64,000 nt of DNA from Balanoglossus misakiensis. Taxonomy: Eukaryota; Animalia; Hemichordata. This document shows positions 9,798 through 22,100 of the stretch, one piece after another. The stretch spans positions 11,360,909 through 11,424,908 of the forward strand of contig CM082580.2 of the NCBI GenBank assembly GCA_040954595.2, read 5' to 3'. The notes under the pieces are model-generated. The model worked only from the letters and a program-made list of their open reading frames with translations. It had not been told where the DNA came from and did not search any database. The position numbers were made by a program, and so were the translations under genes. Each line of letters opens with the position of its first letter. The first letter of the stretch is position 1.

Positions 9798-10754
9798 ATG
9801 GCACCTCTGTATAACCGGTGTAGGTCGCTTTCTGTCCCGGCTGATCCAGGCTACACTCCGCTGTCTGGTATGTCGAACCGCAGTATGATGGACATCCACG
9901 AAGGTCCCGCTTCAGTTTCAGGCCCTGCGGACGTCGACTCGATCCGACTTGATGTTCGCCGACGGCCGAGTAAAGATACGACCAGCCTTTTGGAAATCTC
10001 CAACAGAATATCCGAACTTCGCATACAGCCGCATTATTCCGGGAACGGAACGGCGAACAGTGCAAGTCCAAGAGGCTCTCCGGAATCTAGACTCGACAGA
10101 AAACAGCGGACGGTTGTCGCGGAGGGCAGTCGGCGGAGATTCGGTGCGGACGACGAGGTTCGACGAGAACGGCGTAAGATCAAGTTCCAGTTATGTAAAC
10201 GCGCGAGAGACGACCAGAAGAGACTGTCGGAAAGTCACGTCAAGATCAGAATCAAGAGAAAGGGTCTGTCGACAGTGCCGGCGTGTGACGAGGAGCGGAC
10301 GGGAACTGGCGAAAGAAGCCGCGAAGCACACCGGGCAACAGCGCCTGCGAGGCAAGAAGGCGAAGGAAGCGTCATCTTCGACGACATTCGCGATATCATG
10401 GTTGAGGAGGAGGAGAAGGAGATTGAGAAACAGGGCGATGCCAACGGCAAATCCGTGAACGATGCTTTCAAAGCCCGACCGCCACGTTGCGGTACGCCCG
10501 ATAGACCGCGATACTTGTCAAAAATCCGGCGGACGTCGTACGCTGTGTCGTCGTCCATTGACAGCGGCGAGGAGATGGCGACGGAAGAGCGTGGCACGGA
10601 GGAAAAGGACCATGTTTGCCAGTCTGCTGCGGAGTGTGAAGGTGCCGAAGCCGATGATCCAAGAGCGGCCCCCGTAAAATTTCCCTGCCTGCGAATCAAT
10701 CGGCGAGGAGCTATAGTTAACATACAGATTCCGAAATATTTACTGAATGGCTGA
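9798..10754 (+). CDS. Uncharacterised single-exon 318-aa charged, probably disordered protein
   Basis: 957-nt GC-rich ORF set in AT-rich flanks. ATG in good context (acATGg). AATAAA immediately after the stop and again at 10863. No domain recognised. Confidence 0.7.
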   Translation: MAPLYNRCRSLSVPADPGYTPLSGMSNRSMMDIHEGPASVSGPADVDSIRLDVRRRPSKDTTSLLEISNRISELRIQPHYSGNGTANSASPRGSPESRLDRKQRTVVAEGSRRRFGADDEVRRERRKIKFQLCKRARDDQKRLSESHVKIRIKRKGLSTVPACDEERTGTGERSREAHRATAPARQEGEGSVIFDDIRDIMVEEEEKEIEKQGDANGKSVNDAFKARPPRCGTPDRPRYLSKIRRTSYAVSSSIDSGEEMATEERGTEEKDHVCQSAAECEGAEADDPRAAPVKFPCLRINRRGAIVNIQIPKYLLNG

Positions 10755-13700
10755 ATAAACTACAACAGAAACTTTCTTTTGGTGCCATATTGCTTTGTTT
10801 CAGACAACTACTAGTACCACAATTTATGTTGTGCTACCTGTTGTTGTGATGCCCAGGGTTCCAATAAACATTGTTTCTTTACATATGTAAATTTTTCTTG
10901 TATTTGTTAATTTGACTTGTTGTTCAGAGCTTTTCACACCTGTTTGTTTCCTTGATAAGCCTTATCAAATCTTAAGACAAGTATGGAACTCCAAAAGCTC
11001 TAGCCGGACAGCAACCAGCTGACCGGACGCGACTGTGTGCTCCATCTCTGCGGAGAGGATTCGGCAACCGTTTCTACGGACGGAAATCGAACGAGTGGGA
11101 CGCCGCCACCGCTTCGATTTACAATCGATCACTTCCTTTGTGATTCAACTCGCCTTGGTGAGCGAGCGGAAGCAGATGCCACGAAGACACAAGGGCGTAC
11201 CTCCTTGAAAGTCAAACGACCAACCACTGGTCTAATGAGTCGCACTGCAGCGCCACGTTGTCATTGCCCTCGCACTTTTTATATCTATTTATTAAGCCTT
11301 ATAAGATGTCAAAGTTCGAGCATGGAGAAAGAGTGTGTCAAAGCACAAGGCTCCTGCACTCTAACATTGACAATATTATCGATTTTATCAGATAAAACAG
11401 CATGTCGGGCATCTGCCGTTACCGCATCCTTCTAATATTAGATTCTAACTTAGACGATATTATCGATTCTACCCGATATTATCCGATACCGTCTCGACAT
11501 TCTCAAACATGCACTGTTTACCACTCCACTGCTTCTTTATTCATTGATTGTTTGATTATGTTAATTATGAAAGGCAGAGCAGAAATTATCCTGAACACAT
11601 ATATGGTCAAAATCAGATTTCATCCACAATTGTCGACGATAGTAAATTCTGAAACTTTCTTTATTCTTGTATTTTTATGTTATGTTGTTGTTGGGTTTGT
11701 TTTGACTGCGTATTTCATGCCGAGTAAACTACTGGTATATGTACTATAGTGCCATTTCCGATTCGATGTTATTTTTTCATATGAAGGATAATAAAGAGAA
11801 AGTGATATATTGTTATTACAGCTATGACGCTAATAGTTTTTGTTTATCCCTCTGCATTTTCACATACATACATGTACGTATATGTAATTGGTTGGTGATC
11901 ACGCTAATTATGTTGAAATGCCACCATGGCACTCCAGGATTCAGAATTCTCCACTTCCGTTGGGAAAAGGGATGAACACCGGCGATCTTCCGTCGGTAAT
12001 AAGGACCACAGTCCCTCCACACTTAGTACCCGGAAAGGGATTATGAATCCAGTTGTCATCCAAGGCGTCTTGGCGTGTTTCAAAAAATGGAAAAGAGAAA
12101 CCAAATCTATCGATTTCCACATGGCATTTCCGCGAGCGAAAAAAAACCCCGGGCGAACACTCAGTCTCACACCGAGAAAATCCGATAAATAAAAACTGAC
12201 CGGGTTTATTGAGCTGTTCAGGATAGTCAATAAGCAATATTTTGAAGCGAAAACGTCGATTCCGCCACCTGAGAGAATTCTCATGATTGAAAATTTTGCA
12301 TTTTATTTGTAATTCGGTAAAATATAAAATCAAAGACTTGCAACGGAGAAAAATGAAAGCACACTAGTAAATAACATGACTTTAACGACAAAAAACATTT
12401 CAAGGTCGTCAAATTTTGACTTACTCATTTGTTCTGATTTTCTCTTTTCCGACTGAAACGTAGCATTGATTTTTTTAGTTTTGTCGGTAGCGGCGCCCTT
12501 CCCTATAAATTCCAGTCGCATGTCGGAATGAATGGCTCCCTCAACGACAAAAGACCTACAAAATCGAATGTCTGTCCATCGCTCCTCGTGTGTCAACATC
12601 TATGTACAATCACAGACTGTCTGTGGTACAATCAGCTAGCCTGTTGTCTCTTTGTTTAGTATCCAGCTAACTTTTTGTATGCCTGTCCTGTCTGTCTAGT
12701 CTGTGTGTCTCTTTCATTTTTGACTTATCTGTTTTACCTTATCTGCCCCGTCGGAACCCCCCTCCCCCACGTTTCTGGAAAATCGTTCACTGTAACAGTT
12801 GTGCGTCACATTAAAAATTATCAATTATGATTGAAATCTGTTTCATTTTTAATGGCGATGTACAGAAAAGCAACAACAGTCAATGCAAACTCACTCTCGT
12901 TTTTGAAGATACAGACAAGATAACAGCTTTCAATGTTATGCGTAATGGACGGACATTTTACGTTGATTTTTTTTCCTAATCGACTTTTTGCGATTCGATA
13001 AAATGATTTGCGTCCCACTCCCAGTTCTTGGAATTCATTGACAGTGCGTCCTGTGTGTGAAAAGCTATACTATTCCATTTAGCAAACCATCGAATGGCCG
13101 TAAAAGGGTCATTTCACATCATGATGACGTCATACTGCAGGATACTAGAAGCCGAGACAGACTGACGTAGACAGAAACGCGTGCCGGAAAGACACAAACA
13201 GATAGATCTTACTGGCGAAAGAGCATACGAACGAAGAAAGTAACTAACTATAACAAACTACTTAGTAACCACGGCTACTTGACGGAGCAATGAGACATGA
13301 CGCTCACTGCCCTGTTCTTGTCACCATAGCGACTGCCAAATCGGGTCGCCCTTAAATGAGCGTCAGGAGTGTTTTTTTGCAGCGTACCTACAAGGTCTTT
13401 TGGCCTTTTCTATATTTTAAAACATGGTTGTGTAACGTAAGTGACCAGTTTTCCCAAAACGTGCATTAATTTCGTGCCCAGCCTTCTCGGTGTCCAAGCC
13501 ACAACTAGACCCGGTGACAATCATCCTTTAGCCGACCATATTGCCACATATTTGCAAATAATGACCAACTCGAACCTTTTCTTGTCGATTTAAATAAGAA
13601 AAGGGGCGAGTCAATGGCCTTTGTGCGTTGAGACCCCCACCTCCCATAAACAAAAGAACTAGCCTGCGACTTTGCGCAGGCGCACGCGGGTCAGGTTATT

Positions 13701-14438
13701 CGCGAAGCTGTTTCGCTAGATAATGATGAAAAATGAAGATAATACCCCCCTGCGAGCTGATGAAACTGATATCGGATCGATAAATTTATCTTTTTATAAA
13801 AGAAAACGGGACAATGGCTCGTTAAACGGTAAGGATTTTTAAATCTGACGAAATGAAACCACTGTTCTTTGCAGATCGATGCTTTGATCTGACAAGATGA
13901 ACACATGCAGTCTCGGAAATAATTTTGTGACGAGTCGCTGTTATACGCTTCGGTGCTTTTAATTAAACAATGCCCACAAAAAAGTTCATCAGTTCCCTTT
14001 GCTAGTCACTTTAGAGTTTGAAGCAACTTTTTTGAAAAAGAAAACGACCGAATTAGGTTGTGGTTAGCTAAATTCAAAACTTGGCACAAGATGCCATCGA
14101 TTTGTGTGCGTAGGCTCACGTGACTGTTACTCTGGTCTGGTGATAATGGCGAACAAAACATCATCTGGTACGGTGCGATGTCAAATCAGTTCTTGTCTCG
14201 TTATCATCAAATGTGGCTGGGCGATATCAACGCAGGGGGTGTCCGATGGTTTGTGTGATTAACAAACCTTTCGAAATCCGGTCCAGGGGACATTGAACAC
14301 TGCGTCGTGTGGGTTAAATCCCTTTTAAAAGACCGGGGGTGCTATAACAAAAAAGATACGTTTTTAAATCGGGAGAGAGGAGAATTATTAATAAATTGGA
14401 TGCAAGATAGCCATCTTATTCATATGTCGACCTATACC

Positions 14439-14445
14439 TATATAA
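14439..14445 (+). promoter_or_regulatory. TATA box of divergent Fer3-like gene 1
   Basis: CCTATATAAG about 110 bp upstream of ATG 14553; same core as the paralogue TATA boxes. Confidence 0.6.
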
Positions 14446-14552
14446 GAATGTTGACTTTTCGTTTCATTTCGCCAAGACAGTCCGCGCTCTAGGGAGAACA
14501 CAGCAACGAGCGTTACAGCTTTTAATACTGTAGTTTTTTTCTCGATTTTGCT

Positions 14553-15191
14553 ATGAAGTCGGAAAATCGCTGTTTGGTTGGCGGGGAAGTTGCGGAGAAC
14601 GCAGTCATTCACGTTGACCCGGCTCCGCTGGTCTGTAGTGGATACCCCTGTTGCGGAAACTATCATGATGGGGACCAGGGGATCTACGAATGGGGAGATG
14701 CAGTCACAACTGGTATATACGACGGTTTTGGCGCCTGCCACACGGCGGAATTGGAGCAACAACTCCCGCCGGTCCACCCGGGATCCTTCCGAGCCGTCCC
14801 CGAACGGTCGAACATTCTCGTTGATTCCTCGGAAAACCAGCTCGACGCCGTCTCCAGTAGAACGAGGCTCTTCACTGCAGTAAGCGGGGGACCGTCAACT
14901 TTCACTACGGCGGAAAACTTTCCAGATGAGGCGTCGAGGAATCACAAGCGGAAGCGGCGGTTGACGAGCAGCCAGCGGAGGATGGCGAACTTCCGGGAAC
15001 ACAGGAGGATGACGAACCTGATCGACGCTTACGACAAACTCCGAGACATATTACCGACCTTTCCCTACGAGAGGAGACTGTCGCGCATGGAGACTTTGAA
15101 ACTGGCGGTCAAGTACATCAAGTTCATGACAGAAACACTCGGCAAAGAACATCAGAGCCACGCCGAATCCGAAACGAAGCCAAATCAATAA
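14553..15191 (+). CDS. FERD3L: Fer3/Nato3-like (PTF family) bHLH, paralogue 1, divergent, 212 aa
   Basis: bHLH QRRMANFREHRRMTNLIDAYDKLRDILPTFPYERRLSRMETLKLAVKYIKFMTETL carries the PTF-family PTF.YE.RLS loop and the Fer3-type SR.ETL and FMTE. AATAAA at 15346-15351. Confidence 0.75.
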   Translation: MKSENRCLVGGEVAENAVIHVDPAPLVCSGYPCCGNYHDGDQGIYEWGDAVTTGIYDGFGACHTAELEQQLPPVHPGSFRAVPERSNILVDSSENQLDAVSSRTRLFTAVSGGPSTFTTAENFPDEASRNHKRKRRLTSSQRRMANFREHRRMTNLIDAYDKLRDILPTFPYERRLSRMETLKLAVKYIKFMTETLGKEHQSHAESETKPNQ

Positions 15192-17970
15192 CCGAAGATA
15201 AGTGACGATTGTCATTCAGACTGTCAGAATAATATGCTTGAAAAGATCTTGTAATGTTGTGAAGGATTTGATGTTATTGTTGTTGTTTTAGAAGTTTTCT
15301 AGAATCGACTTTATGCTTTTAAGTATTATTGTACAAAATGCAGCCAATAAATCGTATTTAATTCATTATGTGACCGATTGAGGGCGTTTTTCCAGAATAG
15401 ACAATCATGGCGGCCATTTTCCTCTGTCAAAATGCTCATGTAGGGTCAATATACCTAATAGATCATCAATACAAATATGACATGGTTTTTGAATTTGGCA
15501 TATTCATTTAGAAAATTCATAAACTATCTAGATGATTGATCATTGTGTAGTGCAGCTGTTACACGAATTGCATATCCGTCTTGACTTCAATGCGCACACA
15601 AAGGACTTTAACAGCACGCAAAATGGCTGAGCACCTCACGTGGGATGAACGAAGACAAGCATAACTTCCATTCCGTTATTTTCCTTAATTAAATGGTGGA
15701 TCATTATGATAAAACACCTCCTGCCAAAAATGGATCTTCATAGAATTAAAAACCGATTTAAGTAATCGCACAAGCGGATTCTTTATGAAAGCTGAAATAT
15801 GTATTTCATATATTAATTGAGAATTGCTATGACGAGCTAATAATTATATTTTTCACGTTCAACTCACTATTTTGGTCGAAATAATTATATCACACAGACA
15901 ACTTCGACTGATAATAGCTTACTTTTTCATAATTGCGGATACATCTGCATTAATCGTTGATAGATAGGCGTTGTAATTAAATTGTGATAACTCCGTTACG
16001 GATGTATCACCCCTTTCAAATATCACTACCGAGTCGGAACAAACATACTAGTAAAAATCAGTGTTTGACTCTTTTTCCCATGATTACTGCGCAATCGAGA
16101 TAAAAGAAGTAAAGTAGCCGTATAATTATCCTTTTGTTTGTTTGTGACTTCTCCATCCCGTTGATGGGGCTAATCCGGCGTGAATGAGATTAATCATTTC
16201 AAGTGCAATGTGACGTTAAAACCTCATCAAAACGGAAACATTTAACACACATTTTTTTTCTTTTATCTCGGACAACATCGCGTCTGTAACCTATTGTTTC
16301 AGAGAGTCTGTTGCCAAACATCATCTATTCACGCTATGTTAAAGCTCCTTCATTTAACACCTCCCCTATGATGCTCTCGATGGGATCGTAACAATGTGAT
16401 GCATAGGGAATAAATGGACGATGATTTTCCCACCGTCTATACTGTCGGCAAACATGGAGTAAAGTGCTATTGTCAGGATTTCCGATACAGTTAACCGCAC
16501 AGCACACATGTTGGCGGACAAATGGAAATGATACTGATAGAAAGATCAAATTACAAAACTGTCTCTGTCTGTCTGTCTCTCTCTCTCTCTAGATTTCTCT
16601 CTCATTGATTCAAGTTTAATATTTCCTCCCATTTGCGTCCATATTAGTGGCTGTTGAGGGCGCACTCTACCAGGCTTCCTAGAACAACCGTGTATACTGA
16701 CTAAATTCAACACCAGAAATCAAACCATCTATAGCAGCCATCGTTTCTGTAGTATAGTCTGCACTAGCCTGATTCTGTTTCTTGCAAAGTAAGTCCACCC
16801 ATTTCGGGTTAAATCGCTGTGATGTACCTCGAGACAGACTCACACATGCAAAGTCTGGTAGTGCTTTCAATTACTAGTACACAATTAGATATGATGTGCA
16901 TACACAACACACCATCATTGGACCTGACTTTCCATGTGTCCTGGCACTACCAGGCTAAATCGAGAAAATGGTGAGAAAAAAATTATCCCAAATGGGAAAC
17001 AAAATAATCATTTAACAAGCTATTATTGGCGATTACACGCGTCGATGGATGATGAAAGCTAATATATGCAGATTAGCCATATTGTTTATATTCAAACGCT
17101 AATTAAAGTTGCGTGGCGTTCCTCTCCCTTCCATATTGCTAACGGATTACTGGTTGAATCGTGTGACGTAACCATCTGATCATCTACTTCTTTACTGGAC
17201 AGGGGACGGCCAAGCGCGCAAGGATGGGTGATCAAATAAGGGCGGTTCCTTCCTTGTGTCGCCGGCGAAAGCAATGGCCCATTCGGTCGTAGATGGCGGT
17301 ATATCGTACATTTATCATTAATGAATCTTAGTCACACCACTGACAACTAGAAAGAAAGTTCTTTCTCTTACGTGGTCACGCCATGTACATTCAGGGTAGT
17401 CTTGTAATATGATATCATATCATATCAAATAAAAGGCAGGGTGTTCCCATATTTTACTAGCGACAACTGTCACCTGCCCGTTTAAATACTTAAATATAGT
17501 TACAGATATAGCTATCTAAATTTAAAATAAAATGTTGACTGCTTTATTTCATTTCGTTTCCATTTATGCATGAACAGGTCTGTTATTAGAGCCGTTTGTA
17601 TAAGCTGATGATGGCGTGACCTGGGATTTATTTTCTGTGGGATTATGTGCTTCAATCTCTCGTTCTGATGACGTCATGTTTATTATTCTACGTTGTCAGG
17701 CGAATGCGTGCGTGTTGTCTTGTTTTGTATTTCGTGATATTAACAGGTATTATTACACTGTGCCTTGGTCGGGAACAACTTGAGATCACACAGCGGAAAG
17801 TTTCGTAGAATTTCGGCCGTGGGCATCATCCGTGACCACGTCCCACGTGACAACTTAGGGCTTTAGTCTACATGTAGTTTCTTTGCATGACAACCAGACT
17901 GAACAATCGTCGCGTGGCAGGTAGGCGAGTCGGCCAATCGGCGGCGAGGACACGCCCACTCTCGTGAACG

Positions 17971-18183
17971 ATGTCAACATTTGGACGTGCTTCCATTTGT
18001 TGTTTCCAGGCAATGGTCACAAAATAGCGACGCATTGTGCTCAACATATATACTGACGTGGTACAACTCACTAGTTTCCCCTCCAATCACTCATTAACTT
18101 AATCAAAAGCAATGCGCCGTTGAATCGCAGTTCTGGACTCCTATTGCTCGTGTTTTGGGGGTGCCTATATAAAGACGCGTGCT
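17971..18183 (+). promoter_or_regulatory. Conserved proximal promoter of Fer3-like paralogue 2
   Basis: About 200 bp align closely with the reverse complement of 34010-34204. Contains two CATTTG E-boxes, CATTGTG (Sox-type), TGACGTG (CRE-like), CCAAT and TATATAAA at 18166-18173. Confidence 0.8.
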
Positions 18184-18329
18184 GCACATGCAAGGGCCTA
18201 AGTACTTCGCCAACGATTCAATCGACACTCCAGTAAAAAAAAGTGAGACGAGACTCTTTCTTTGGCTCTTGGGGGTAAAATCGTCGTTTCTTTTGTAGAA
18301 GACAGAGCTTGCTATTCGGAGACTGGACG

Positions 18330-19112
18330 ATGGACTCCCCGGCTGAGGTGAGCAGCGAGAATCAGGTGTGTGACAGTCCCCGCATCAATGATGGCGGCGA
18401 CGCCTCGCCCATCTCGTCCACATCATCTCTGACGACGCTGACGAATTTTGATTCGCCCGCCCAAGATTTTGGCGGCAACGTGAACTTCGCCACCGACCAA
18501 GGGTTGATTGAAAACCAATACGGCTACGGGATGACAATCCCGCAGGCCGAGTGTTTCCAAGTGTTCCGCGACACAAACATCGACGCCGGTCTGCTGCAGG
18601 CCTCGTGGTCCGGGGCGGAGCACCCTATGAACACGATACCGATGCAGGCAATGTCCGTGGACATGAACATGATTCCGACCTCCGCGGCCGGGTTCATGAG
18701 CAGCGCCCGGCCGCCGTTCATGGACATCGTACCCCAGCACCACCCACACTACCACCACCCGACGCAGCCCTCCAAACCCAAGCGCAGGCGCGTCATCTCC
18801 GTGACGCAGAGGAAGGCGGCCAACATCCGGGAGAGGCGGCGGATGTTCAACATCAACGAGGGCTTCGACGAACTGCGCAAGAAAGTGCCCACGTTTGCCT
18901 ACGAGCGGCGGCTCTCCCGCATCGAGACGCTCCGACTGGCCATTGTGTACATCGGCTTCATGACGGACATCGTCAACGGTAAGGACGTTAAGGACGTAAA
19001 GCTAAAGCAGACCCGAAAGGCTCTTTTCGGTCACGGGGGCATGAAAGACAACGTTGAAAACGCCGGGCCCGATCTCTCAAGCACCGACATGACAGTGCTG
19101 ATGAACTGTTGA
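18330..19112 (+). CDS. FERD3L: Fer3/Nato3 (FERD3L, PTFb) bHLH, paralogue 2, 260 aa, intronless
   Basis: ATG at 18330. [56 protein letters not shown] closely matches the Fer3 consensus ([49 protein letters not shown]). AATAAA at 19471 and 19491. Confidence 0.92.
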   Translation: MDSPAEVSSENQVCDSPRINDGGDASPISSTSSLTTLTNFDSPAQDFGGNVNFATDQGLIENQYGYGMTIPQAECFQVFRDTNIDAGLLQASWSGAEHPMNTIPMQAMSVDMNMIPTSAAGFMSSARPPFMDIVPQHHPHYHHPTQPSKPKRRRVISVTQRKAANIRERRRMFNINEGFDELRKKVPTFAYERRLSRIETLRLAIVYIGFMTDIVNGKDVKDVKLKQTRKALFGHGGMKDNVENAGPDLSSTDMTVLMNC

Positions 19113-22100
19113 ACAGGCGCCACTGATTTTGAAAGGTCCAGCACATCCGTCTTCAAATACACAGCCGCAATTTATAAACTATTATATGTCAATCAACGAA
19201 CCCGCTGATAGCGGACTGAGAGTTAGATATATTTTTTACATCTTTTGTAAATCCCTTGACATGATAAGACATGGCATGTCCACAGAACGCAACTCAACTG
19301 ATGAAGTCTTAACATCGATCCTCTTGTATACCGTTATGTATCAAATGGAAGCAAGCGATATTGTACATAGCATTCACCTATTTTTATTTTTAAATTGAAT
19401 TTTCGATTTCCTTTGAGTCGCAAAGGAGCTACACCACAGAGAGTATGTTGTTAGAAGTATAATCATGTCAAATAAATGTAGTTATCAAATAATAAAAACG
19501 GTGAAAATAAAAACCATTTTAACTATTATTCAGTAATCATCGTTGTCTTTTTTGCACTACAAATGTGTATCTAATAGTGTCGTGCGTGTTCGCTGGTGTG
19601 AATGAATTTCCGTGAATTGTGGTCTGATCATAACTGATAAGGGACGCCACTGTATTTTACCTGCTCGGAATTTACGGGGCAGTTCAAATCTCAAACATTA
19701 TTAGTAGGCTGTCTCACCTGCCTTCTGGAAATGACAAAAATGGAAAGGAAAAGATTGGAAATAGACACTTCGATGCTAGCTGAGCCGAGACGAAACATTA
19801 GGAAAATCGAAGCATGGGCGCCTGTATAAACGGGATTATTTTCTCAGCCGTATTTTGTGTCGAATGCCCCCCCCCCGGAAAACTCCAACTTTAGTATATA
19901 CTTCACGGAGGTGCCAGCTAAAAAATCCGGCGCAATCTTCTAGACCACCCCGACCCTTAACACTGTAGTTGTAAATGAGCACTGTCGTTCGCCCTAACGA
20001 CTCACGCATGGCACACGTGGACAGAATTAATCAGAATTCTGCGGTGTTCCGATGCTTAGGCCAGCACCTTAGAGAATGAGGAAGTGAAGTAAGTTTTTTG
20101 TGCGCCGGCGTGGTCATAAATTGCTGTTTAAATACGGTTCTACTATCAATCACTTGCAGGAGTCTCTCTTTTTTAATAAACTGATTGCGGAGCAATTAAA
20201 ATGCGGCATTGTTCGTCAACTGGCGGTAGTTAGTGCTATGCCGAGTAGCCGGCGCGCTGGCCGCTGTTGATACAGTCTCAGTCTTCGGTGACAGTGGATG
20301 GCAAAGTGTAACGTACGGCGAAGTCTTACGCGGGCTTGTTGTAGTCGAGGCGATCGAGTGTAGTCCGGGGTGTTTTTATCCGCGAATGCGCAATAAAACT
20401 ACGCTGTGATATTTAAAGAAAGCGCAATGTATGATCCGTTGCACCTACTTCGCCCGATTTGAGCAATCGCTTTAATCAGACAGCTGTTATTAACCAATCA
20501 TTATTAAGCAATACCAACCGCTCTTTGTAGACCAATATGTCTCCAATCACGCTACAATCCGGGACAAACCGGGTACCCATTTCTATAAATGCTGGTACTC
20601 AGTATAAGGTTAAACTGTGATTTTTTTATTCGCCTGATTAATGCATGGCGCCGGTGGACAAATCTCGACTATACCCAGTATTAGTGTCACAGTTGAATCG
20701 AAGAAAAAGGTTGTTTGGAACACGTTGGCATAGAAAAATCAAACGATCCAGGTTGAAGAGGGTTAGGATGCAAGTCATTACAAACCGTGTCACTTTTACA
20801 CATATTCCGACAGCACAAACTTAGTTCCAGACATTTCTAAAAACAGGTTTCAGTATTATTTTGAGTATTGCCAGCGACAGACAAAGGCGAGCGCATCGAG
20901 TCTGCCAAGGTGTACAGCAGCTGTCATTCACACCGTGTTTGGGTTACGGCCGGATTCAAACTTTTAACCCCGTAGCCACCTTCGGCAAATGGAGCCCATT
21001 TTCTCGGGTCAAACTTCAATCGCAAAAGGCTTTCAATCAATTTTTCGCATGGGAAACACCAACCGACCAACACAAAAAACAGAAACCCGAATGCCAGCCA
21101 GTTCTTGTTTACTTTCCTATAACGTTTCGCTCGCTGAGTCGCGGTTCCTCCCCGACTCAGAGAGAGAAGAAAAAAATTAACATGCCTCCCAGTGCCCCTT
21201 TCTCTCATGACATTGTTTGTTTTCTGTTCCACCAATGCACAGTGAAACATATCGATCGCGGAGTACCACAAAGGTCGTTTTTCACGTGATTAAGTATAAG
21301 AACAAAACGCAACTTGTGATTAGAGACCAAAATACCGTTATCGATCCGCGCAAAGCCAATGAAACCCTTATTCAGTGCTCTTTCGATAATAATATAGGAA
21401 CATTTAACATCCGTGCCTGATTGTCGGTCAAACGACCCCCATGAAAGATTTCCGATTCCACTTTGTCATCGAAAATCCGTTTGGCTGTTTTTATCCGTGT
21501 TCAAAGCAGTCTGGCCTTATAAATATTTACCAGAGCCGAATAAAATGGCAACGGTAAATTTAGACATCACATATATCTTTGAATGTGCAGATTGAAAAGA
21601 AAAAAATCGAGAATGCATTTCTACCAAACGTGTGCTGTATTGGTTTTGGCGATAGTATTGTTCCACTTATCCATAGTCGTCGAAATCAACGCCCAAGCTC
21701 ACGACAGGCCTTTGTCATATCAAGTGCATTAACAGCGTTGGGTTTCCGATACATTTTCTACCCTTATGATAATAGTTGAGGGGAGAAAAAATAAGTAGCT
21801 CCGCGCAGGCCGAATAACAAATCTCCATGTTTCAAAGAAAGGGGGGCCTTCTGTTGACCGAGTGAACTGTGTGAGAACTGCATTGGTCGGCGCGAGTTCC
21901 GCACGTGGCCTGATTGGTAACACGTTGCCGGAATGCGCCAGCGTTAATAGAGCGTTGAGCGTCTGGCCGCGCCTTGTTAACGCAATTTGCTACCTTTCCG
22001 AGGAGACGAACAGCGATGAAAAAAAAAAGATGGAAGTTCAGTGTGCTTTCTCTGTATGGACAAAATCGTTTTTCGATTTGTGCAGCCTCGTCATTTTTTC

